Source of the DNA: a virus
Taxonomy: Duplodnaviria > Caudoviricetes
IMG/VR virus record: IMGVR_UViG_3300044728_000234
Coordinates: 1-40,960 of that record
Length of the DNA stretch: 40,960 bases
Reading direction: 5' to 3' (one strand)
Below, piece after piece: positions 34,501-40,960 of the stretch. Numbering within the stretch: the first letter of the stretch is position 1; each line of letters begins with the position of its first letter. The translations under genes were made by a program, and so were the position numbers. The notes under the pieces were generated by a model. It had not been told where the DNA came from. It was given only the letters and a program-made list of their open reading frames with translations, and ran no database searches.

Positions 34501-36653
34501 TCGCCGGTCAGGTGGAACTCCTTGGCTCCGTCCTTGCCGGTCGGCAGCACCACCCACTCCCGGTTGGCGTCGTCGAACAGGCGCTGGCCGGTGCCGAAGT
34601 CGGCGGCGCGCACCACGCCGGCGCCGTTCGGCATGGTGGCGTCGCCGTCCTTGACCTCCGGCCCGCCGCGCACGAAGGCATGCGGGCCGCGACTGGCGTT
34701 GTCGCCGAGGTTCAGGTCCTGGACCTGCCTGGCAGTCAGCTGGACGGTCTCGAGCTCGCCGACATCGAACTCCTGGTCGATCAGGCGCTTGCCCTTGGGA
34801 GCCTTGTCCGGAACGTCGAGGAAGCCGGGACCGCCGCCAACCGACTTGCCGTACCCCTTCGGCCTGTTGTCGCTGACGAAGTCCCAGACCTTGCTGTGTT
34901 CGGTTCCGCCAACGCGCCACAGGTAGCCGTTGCCTTCCATCAGCTCCTGGCCGAGGCGGAAGTCGCTAGCCCTGGGGCCGGTGTGGTGGAGGATCGCGTT
35001 GCTACGCGTGTCGCCACCGCCGCCCTTGGTAATCGGTCGGCCAGTGGCGTCCAGCTCGGCGCCCTCGTCATGTGGCATGACAATGCGCTCGCCGGTTCTC
35101 TGGCCATGAGCGATGGCGTCGGCTTCGGCCTTGTTGCGCGCATCCATCTTGCGCTTGGACGCCCACATCGACTCCGGCAGGCCCGCGACGTCGGGGCCAG
35201 GTCCGGTTGGCAGATCCGCCTGCAAAGGTGGGGCCTTACCAGCCGCTTGACTGCTCGGCTCGCCGGCTTTGTTGACGAAACCTCGCCTTTCAACAGGCTT
35301 GGGAACGAAGACCTCGCTGACGCCGGTCGTCTGGTCCATGCGGAAATGCTGGCCGGGCGGAAAGACCTCGTCGGGTCCGACGGCACGCCAGGTTCCGGCA
35401 GCGGTTTCTTCCTTCGGGCTGGCGAGGGCCTTGTAGGGGTCGGCCCTCGCCTCGGTCTTGACCATGTCGCCGTAATCGGTGGCGAGGCTGCCCGCCGGGA
35501 AGTCGCCGGAGTGCTCGCCGGCAACAGGCTCGCGACGGATGCCGCCCGGCTGGTCGGGCGCGCCGTAGCGCGGCGCGTTGGCAGGCTTCAGGAAGTCCTG
35601 CTGGCGGACCTCCTCGGACAGCTTGCGGGCAACCCGGCGAGCGGCGAGGCCGGCATAGAGGCCGAGCGAGCCGGCGATCACCGAGGGCAGGATGATGTCG
35701 GCCGTGACGTCGCCCGGCAGGGTCGGGTCGATCGAGCTCATCAGCGCCTGCTCGGCGATCATGGCTGCCGCATTGATGGCGCTGACACGCAGCCCGTCGG
35801 CGATGCTGCCGTAGACCGCCCTGCGGCCGGCGATCAGGCCGAACTCGGGTCCGGTCAGCAGCCCCTTGGCGCCGCGCATGCTCAGGCTCAGCCCCTTGAT
35901 GCCAAGCGATCCGGGGAGGAGGTTGACGGGATCGCCGATCAGGCTGCCGGCAATCTCGCCGGCACCGGCTGTCCAGCCGACGATGCCCGAGGCACGGTCG
36001 AGCCACTGCGTCTCCTGCTGGCGTTTCTTGTAGTAGTCGATGATCAGGCGTGACTGCTCCCGCGACCCCGAGGTGAAGAACATGTGCATCTGGTTGTCGA
36101 GGCCGGCTTCCCTGATCTGCGGGTCGTTGAACTGGTCGTAGTCCGGGTCGGTGGTCTCCTGGGCGGCCTTGTAGAGCGCGCCGTAGTTCATCAGCCGGTT
36201 GACCACGGTGCCGATGAACGACTCGTCCATGGCGTGCAGGGCGCCGCGCCTGAACTGGTTGACCATGTCGATGCCACCGGCCACGCCGGGCCTGAGCTCG
36301 CCGGCCTGTCCGCGGAACGCCGTGTCGAAGCTCTCGCCGCGGAAGCTCTGGGGGACCGGCGTCATCGCCGTGTGCTTGCGGTACTCCTGGACGTAGGGGG
36401 CGATGAAGTCATGCCGGTAGGTCGGCGGCAGGTTCTGCTGCTTGACGAAGTCCTTGACCATCTGGTCGGCGATCGAGGAGCCGGCGACCGAGGTGGCGAT
36501 CCGCCGGCCAAGGTCGTCGATCGGCTGGTAGGCGCGACCGCCGCCGGGAACGAGGCTGGGGATCTGCCCGGCCGGCACGGCAGCCGGCTGCAGGGGATCG
36601 GGGATGGCGGTCGGCGGGACGACCAGCGGCTGGAGGGGAGGATCGTCAGGCAT
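31599..36653 (-). CDS. Large internal virion (ejection) protein, T7 gp16-like position, 1684 aa
   Basis: Size and position before the tailspike; IGDPVNLLP; C-terminal QYKNFAF...LLSGLQ with hydrophobic helices. Confidence 0.8.
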   Translation of the reverse strand: MPDDPPLQPLVVPPTAIPDPLQPAAVPAGQIPSLVPGGGRAYQPIDDLGRRIATSVAGSSIADQMVKDFVKQQNLPPTYRHDFIAPYVQEYRKHTAMTPVPQSFRGESFDTAFRGQAGELRPGVAGGIDMVNQFRRGALHAMDESFIGTVVNRLMNYGALYKAAQETTDPDYDQFNDPQIREAGLDNQMHMFFTSGSREQSRLIIDYYKKRQQETQWLDRASGIVGWTAGAGEIAGSLIGDPVNLLPGSLGIKGLSLSMRGAKGLLTGPEFGLIAGRRAVYGSIADGLRVSAINAAAMIAEQALMSSIDPTLPGDVTADIILPSVIAGSLGLYAGLAARRVARKLSEEVRQQDFLKPANAPRYGAPDQPGGIRREPVAGEHSGDFPAGSLATDYGDMVKTEARADPYKALASPKEETAAGTWRAVGPDEVFPPGQHFRMDQTTGVSEVFVPKPVERRGFVNKAGEPSSQAAGKAPPLQADLPTGPGPDVAGLPESMWASKRKMDARNKAEADAIAHGQRTGERIVMPHDEGAELDATGRPITKGGGGDTRSNAILHHTGPRASDFRLGQELMEGNGYLWRVGGTEHSKVWDFVSDNRPKGYGKSVGGGPGFLDVPDKAPKGKRLIDQEFDVGELETVQLTARQVQDLNLGDNASRGPHAFVRGGPEVKDGDATMPNGAGVVRAADFGTGQRLFDDANREWVVLPTGKDGAKEFHLTGETFKVDGLSSVGAAQNPASQINQRQVLLDQGRMAPSGLGIENWGLTPVSRIFRGESIAAMDTTTKLVSTSGLQTKGNQLGLSQVGQPVEVLIQVNWNRPMVQVQRATQDAWIDYRRALANVSQPAPPSVAGRSDTARVAAQVGTAISDVVHTGEKGLSFAQFKERVGLALDRADVDNFGDKASSYVARAAAEHRRLYNVVREKAIELGLFDEAYKEAIDLAQAGVKAIKKEADEIKRKAAFERWDPARIRQAEEALMVRMEDAQYKFRRTQNQLDELKAHGPQLNGSAPSFRPTVYRVDKLMDGEEKFVTVISDWLQSQHALNGGQLAQEDAVRIAKQIHTLLSKQNPIYERGDQKALFHGVANPSSVQARSLNIPHELIQEFLEQDAEVLMRYHIKQMGTAIEMKTKFGSLDLADEIAEIEQEYRQQIIAANKGATEPTERAKELTAMMKGAIADVQAMRDRLYGTYGASPDPQRWQSRTIRMAKQFNNLTLMGMSGITALGDLVRPLVTEGADAFFGYGLRTLMHEQRALILRLNREELEHTGLGMELQLNTRALSFADNGDIFAGRTAFERGMNQANSWMFVANGLNHVNQMDKELASLVIGGRVNKVFLGLTETRTVMDASRLNPRFATLADDELKAAIAKAEQDLAALTGSRQIGTRLDRAQALRLEIAEHEAEVAARGDQQFTGKLSAKDLARFAAVGIDEAMARRIGLQLKIHKHEFTSGGKTLIIANSEAWSDKAAQQAYRGGMNQMTNRTVPTPGIADTPLVMSTELGGLLTQYKNFAFGAMNRVLLSGLQEDGMKFWYGAGMMVASAAILNEIRSQLFYGKSTTDKPFPAIIADAVDRSSILGWFGDVDRAVTMLSGNSVGIKPMMGAASPVQPRFSQVAGAVGGPAAGQAARILSVANAALSGHPTAQTYRDWRNVVPLQNHPFMDPVMDMLLEKDGLMPSVFGVNKEPRRRPAGL

Positions 36654-37012
36654 CAGCGCAGCGGGTCCGGCCCGTAGCGGTCCATCGGGTGCATGAAGTC
36701 GCGGTGCAGCGGGTCCTGACCGACGAAGCTCGCGGGATTGCCGAGCGGATTATCCCTGCGTAGCAGCGAGTTCATCATGAGCTGGCTGATGTTCCTGTTC
36801 TGCTGCTGCTCCCAGGTCCAGTCGTAGTTCAGGCTGTCGGGCGGCGGCAGGATGCGGCGGTCCTCGATGTTCTGCGACTCCGGCCCGTCGGAGACCGGAC
36901 GGAACTCGCGGCCGCCGGGCACCCGCGGCAGGCCGATGGTCTGGTCGCGCAGGTTCTGGAACCAGAACTCGGCCATTGCCCAGTAGTCGCTGTCGTACTT
37001 GTCGTCGGCCAT
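36653..37012 (-). CDS. Hypothetical protein, 119 aa
   Basis: Start ATG 37012 (TAATG overlap); stop overlaps next start (TGATG). Confidence 0.65.
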   Translation of the reverse strand: MADDKYDSDYWAMAEFWFQNLRDQTIGLPRVPGGREFRPVSDGPESQNIEDRRILPPPDSLNYDWTWEQQQNRNISQLMMNSLLRRDNPLGNPASFVGQDPLHRDFMHPMDRYGPDPLR

Positions 37013-40000
37013 TACTTCAGCCTCGGCGGTTCTTGCCCGGCCGGGTTCTTCTTGGCCCAGGCGCGCAGCACGTCCTGCGGGATGCCGCTGAGAGGCGTGT
37101 CGCTCTCGGCCGCCTTGCGCAGGGTGGCACGCCAGTCGGGCGAACCCGACATGCCGGTGCTGCGGCGCTCGAGCTCGGCAAGGTTGCGGTCGAGTTCCTC
37201 GGCAAAGTAGGTGTTGGCGGCGGTGCCGGGGCTGGCCGCGGCTTCGATGCGGTTCTTGTTGATGTAGCTCTGCAGCGGAGCCGACACGAAGGTCTCGATC
37301 GCCATGCCCCAGCCCATCAGCGAGTTGGCATCCGGCTTCTTCAGCTTGCCGTCCGGTCCGATCTCGGTCCACGCGTCGTAGAGCTGGGCGGCGGCGGTTT
37401 TCTGCGCCGCCATGGTCGCTGCCGAGAAGCGCGGGTCCTTTTGCGAGTACTTCCCGAGGTCGACAGTCCGGCCGGTGACCGAATCGACCGAACCGAAATG
37501 CAGGTAGCGCGAGCCGTCAGCCTCGGTGATGGAGAAGACCACGGTCTGCGTGGGATCGAAGGGTGGCAGCATCTTGCCGTTGGGTGCCGCCAGCGTCTTC
37601 TGGCGGGCATCGGCGTAGATGAACTGGTTGGCGTAGTCCTGGGCGGCCTTGGCCGATATGTTGGGCACGCCAAGGCCCGCTCCCACGATCGACTGCCAGG
37701 TGCGGAACTTGATGCGGCCGTCCTTGCCGTTCTGATCGGGGACCATCTCGATCAGGCCGTCGTTGAACATGTTGGTCATGACGTCGCGAGCGGCCTTCTC
37801 GGAGGCACCCTGCCGGCCCAGCATGCGCTGGTTGAGCTGGCCGTTGCGGGTCTGCTCGAGCAGGCCGAGCGACACCAGACGGGCCTTCACGTCGTCGTCG
37901 TAGATCACACTCTCGTAGTTCTTGCCGGCAAACAGCGGGATCGCCTGGCCGATGGTGGTCGGAGCGCTCGACTGCGGGCTACCGGCGAAGACCTGGTTGA
38001 CCTCCCTCTCCTTGGCCGTGTCGTTCCAGCCCGAAGTCCACGGGATGCGACCCTGCATGAGCTTGCCCATGAAGGTCGATCCGTTGGCCGTAGGCTGGAT
38101 CTCGCCGGCCAGTTTGGTGAAGGCATCTGCCATGCTCTGGGTCGCCGGCTGGGTGGGCTGGCCCTGCGCTGCCGTGACCGACGTGCCGACCGAGGATTGC
38201 CAGTCCTCGAAGGCGGTCTGGGCACTGGTGTTGAGCGCCAGTGAGAGGTAGGTGGCGTTGTCGCCCAGCGAGTGTTTGACCTCGGACTGCAGCTGGGCAA
38301 CCGTCGGCTCAACGCCCCTGTTGGCCTTGCGCATGCGCTCGCCGATCAGGTCGTACTCGACCCTGTAGACGTCGAGCAGGCCCTGCATCTTGTCCTGGTC
38401 GGGCGAGCGGTTCATTTCCTCGACCGCCCGCTTGACGCTCTCGGGCGTGATGCCGGTCAGCCGCTTGTAGTCGGCGTAGGCCGTCATGTGCTCGGGGTTG
38501 GCCGGATCGAAGCGGATCGGCCGGGCGCGCTCCTTCGAGCCGAAGAACGGGTCGATGTCGCCAACCCTTTCCTCGGGCAGCAGGAAGGGCATCTTCTTCC
38601 TGATAGCCTCGACCTCTTCCGGCGAGGGCGTCAGCCCGGCAGCATTGCGCTGCATGCCGCTTGCCGCCATCCGGCTGACTTCCTGCTCGGTCGCGTAGTT
38701 GATCTTGGCCTGTGCCGAGAGCCTGAGTGCCTGGTCGAGCGGTATGATGCCGTGCGGGCCGATCGTGCTGTTCTTGATCCCGCGATCGACGAAGGCGTCG
38801 ACCTCGGCCGGTCCCGCGACACCGGCCTCGACGGCGCGGGTCAGCAGGTTGAAGTCGTTGCCGATCTGCTGGGCGACCACCTTGTTGAGCGCGTTCTGGC
38901 CGTACTCGCGCTGGCTGACAGTGAGGTCCTTGTAGATCGTCGGGTCGTGCATGATGGTCGACAGCTCGACCCGCGCTGCCTCCTTCTTGTCGGGACCGAC
39001 CATCGGATCGAGGCTCTGGATGGTCGAGACCAGTCCCTGCAGGCGCTTGTCGTTGCTCTCCTGCAGCGCGGACTGGGCCATGCCGGAAGCCTGGGTGGCG
39101 GCGCCAGCGACGCGCATGGCCTGGCTGTCGGAGAGGTTCCTGTCCTGAAGGATGGCGAGGCTTTCGAGCTTCAGCCCGCGCTTGGCCTCGGCCTGGGCAA
39201 TCGGATCGGGATTGAGATCAGCCTCGCGGGCCCGGATGCTGAGGTCGCGGATCTTGGCATCGCCGACGCGCTGGCTATTGAGGTTGTGGCTCTGCGCCAT
39301 CGAGTTGGATTGCTGGATCTTGTACTCGAGCGCCTGCGTCAGCGTCTGCTCGATCAGGTCCTTGTGCACCGGGTCGGTCGCCGCGTAGGCGCGGATCTTG
39401 TTGCGCTCCTCGACGACCTGCGCCGGGTCGATGATGCTGTCGGTGCCGGGCCGGAAGATGGTCGCCTTGATCTGCTCGGCCTTGGCGCCGAGCACCGCCT
39501 TCAGCGCCATGTCGTTCAGCAGCTGGTCGTGCTTGGCCTGCGGCACGCCGGCCTGCGTGCCGGTGGCGTTGGCGCCGATGATGGCGTCTCGCTGGATGAC
39601 GGCATTGGGGTCATTGCTGTTGAGCCACGCCCGCATGCGGGTGACGTCGCCGGCCACGTCGGTGCTCGACATGCCGCCGCCCGGTGCCGGCTGTGCCTTC
39701 CACTGCTCGACGTGGCCCTTGAGCTCGGCCGGCGGCGTTCCCCAGGTGACGCGGGCGGTGCGGTCGGTGTCGATGTGGATGTGGTCGCCGTAGAACCCCA
39801 GGCCGCGCACATGCGGGTTGGCCATGACGCTCTGGATCAGCTGCAGGCGCTCGGGCTCGGGCATGCCCTTGGTGTCGATGTCGGCCGCCGAGTTGGGCCG
39901 CAGGTGCTGGCTGTCGGGCGCGCCGCCGACCTCGGCGTTGCGGGCCGGCGTGCGGTCGAACGAGGCGCGCTGCTGGATCGACGGCGGCAGGCCCTGCATC

Positions 40001-40719
40001 ACCGACGGGATCATGCCGGGTGCCGCCGCCGGTGCCGCACCGGGCCCGCTGAAGATACCCGACATCTTCACCATGTTGTTGGTGATGCCGGTCATCTGGT
40101 CGCCATAGCTCTTGGCCATGACGTCGTTCTTGGCGGCCTGCTGGCTGACCGCGATCTGGCTCAGCGCCTGCCCGCTGATGCCGCGGAAGCGCAGGTCCAT
40201 GTAGGGCCGCTGGTCGTCGGCCAGCCCGGTCAGCATGAAGTCGCGCCGCTTGTCCATCTCCGCCGTGTAGCCGGCGGTATCGTTGGGATACTTCGCCTTC
40301 ATCTCCGCCGAGTAGTTGGCGTAGTCGTTGGCGGCAGACTCGCGATAGACCTGGACAGCCGCCCGGTGGAAGGCCTGGGCGTAGGCCATGGTGTGCAGGC
40401 CGGTCGGGTAGAACGAGCTCGGCGGGATGATCTGGTTGTTGCCGTCGCGCTGGATGATCGCCGGCGCTTCCTCGATCGCCTTCTGCTCGGCGTACTGGTT
40501 GTAGGCCGAGAGCACGCGGTCGAAGCCCGCCGTGGCGGTATTGATCGCCGAGGAATAGAGCTGGCTCATCCGGCTGCCCTGCCGGCTGGCGTCCTGCTGG
40601 GCGACCGCGCTCTGCTGGGCGGCGATCTGGGCGCCCTGCTCGAACACGTTGGTCTGGAGCGGGGCTTCCTGCTGGGTCGGCTGGAGGACGACCTTCTCGG
40701 TGTCGAACTGGCTGGCCAC
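37012..40719 (-). CDS. Internal virion protein (gp15-like position) with an M15-type peptidase domain, 1235 aa
   Basis: GTG start with GGAGG RBS; RTPARNAEVGGAPDSQHL...AADID...GLGFYGDHIHIDT motif. Confidence 0.8.
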   Translation of the reverse strand: MASQFDTEKVVLQPTQQEAPLQTNVFEQGAQIAAQQSAVAQQDASRQGSRMSQLYSSAINTATAGFDRVLSAYNQYAEQKAIEEAPAIIQRDGNNQIIPPSSFYPTGLHTMAYAQAFHRAAVQVYRESAANDYANYSAEMKAKYPNDTAGYTAEMDKRRDFMLTGLADDQRPYMDLRFRGISGQALSQIAVSQQAAKNDVMAKSYGDQMTGITNNMVKMSGIFSGPGAAPAAAPGMIPSVMQGLPPSIQQRASFDRTPARNAEVGGAPDSQHLRPNSAADIDTKGMPEPERLQLIQSVMANPHVRGLGFYGDHIHIDTDRTARVTWGTPPAELKGHVEQWKAQPAPGGGMSSTDVAGDVTRMRAWLNSNDPNAVIQRDAIIGANATGTQAGVPQAKHDQLLNDMALKAVLGAKAEQIKATIFRPGTDSIIDPAQVVEERNKIRAYAATDPVHKDLIEQTLTQALEYKIQQSNSMAQSHNLNSQRVGDAKIRDLSIRAREADLNPDPIAQAEAKRGLKLESLAILQDRNLSDSQAMRVAGAATQASGMAQSALQESNDKRLQGLVSTIQSLDPMVGPDKKEAARVELSTIMHDPTIYKDLTVSQREYGQNALNKVVAQQIGNDFNLLTRAVEAGVAGPAEVDAFVDRGIKNSTIGPHGIIPLDQALRLSAQAKINYATEQEVSRMAASGMQRNAAGLTPSPEEVEAIRKKMPFLLPEERVGDIDPFFGSKERARPIRFDPANPEHMTAYADYKRLTGITPESVKRAVEEMNRSPDQDKMQGLLDVYRVEYDLIGERMRKANRGVEPTVAQLQSEVKHSLGDNATYLSLALNTSAQTAFEDWQSSVGTSVTAAQGQPTQPATQSMADAFTKLAGEIQPTANGSTFMGKLMQGRIPWTSGWNDTAKEREVNQVFAGSPQSSAPTTIGQAIPLFAGKNYESVIYDDDVKARLVSLGLLEQTRNGQLNQRMLGRQGASEKAARDVMTNMFNDGLIEMVPDQNGKDGRIKFRTWQSIVGAGLGVPNISAKAAQDYANQFIYADARQKTLAAPNGKMLPPFDPTQTVVFSITEADGSRYLHFGSVDSVTGRTVDLGKYSQKDPRFSAATMAAQKTAAAQLYDAWTEIGPDGKLKKPDANSLMGWGMAIETFVSAPLQSYINKNRIEAAASPGTAANTYFAEELDRNLAELERRSTGMSGSPDWRATLRKAAESDTPLSGIPQDVLRAWAKKNPAGQEPPRLK

Positions 40720-40721
40720 GA

Positions 40722-40960
40722 CTAGCCTCCGAGACCAAAGGCGTTTGGCAGCTTGGCTTCCTTTGCCATGTCTATGCGGGCACCTTTGCCGCCGCTGTCG
40801 TAGGACAGGCCGATCTGGAACAGCTTGCCGCCGCCGGCCAGGAGGGCGCTGGTCGCCGCCTCGCCGGCCTGCGCCCGGACGTCGGAGGCCTGCAGGTCGA
40901 GCGAGCGCTGCTTGCCCTCGGCTCCGGCCTCGCCAAAGATGCCGCGCAGCTTCTCGCCCA
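40722..40960 (-). CDS. 3' part of the origin-spanning internal virion protein
   Basis: Frame continuous with 593..1; ends ...AKEAKLPNAFGLGG*; its last codons give the GGAGG RBS for the next gene. Confidence 0.8.
   Translation of the reverse strand, partial: GEKLRGIFGEAGAEGKQRSLDLQASDVRAQAGEAATSALLAGGGKLFQIGLSYDSGGKGARIDMAKEAKLPNAFGLGG
40834..40960. repeat. Terminal direct repeat, copy 2 (circular-assembly overlap)
   Basis: Exact copy of 1-127; 127 is a common assembler k-mer size. Confidence 0.97.

Noticed and set aside
30888-36053. 1721-aa plus-strand ORF, and similar ones at 612-3059, 38272-40725 and 22790-24592 (-)
   Set aside because: Antisense shadows of real genes in high-GC DNA; no motifs

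Overview
This window is an apparently complete, circularly assembled genome of a GC-rich podovirus-like tailed phage (40,833 bp unique; positions 1-127 repeat exactly at 40834-40960). The minus strand carries a T7/BPP-1-type morphogenesis module: TerS candidate, TerL, portal, scaffold, major capsid, tail tubular A/B, three internal virion proteins and a beta-helix tailspike. The plus strand carries an early/accessory module: SLOG/YspA, SSB, DUF932-like, HNHs, a collagen-like fibre, ParB-like, YqaJ exonuclease and Rad52/Sak-like recombinase. A small minus-strand island encodes an HTH, a RuvC-like resolvase and an unknown protein. I could not recognise a DNA or RNA polymerase, primase, helicase, integrase or canonical endolysin. 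The most unusual signals are non-coding: (i) a ~480-nt imperfect fold-back at 13481-13963 whose 14 isolated mismatches are all G-T or G-A when the minus strand folds; (ii) a repeated hairpin-CAGCCTC-CCAACCTGTGGAGA leader in front of six consecutive early genes; (iii) two further hairpin-dense intergenic elements at 17228-17395 and 18430-18677. All protein family calls come from motif recognition by eye, not database searches.
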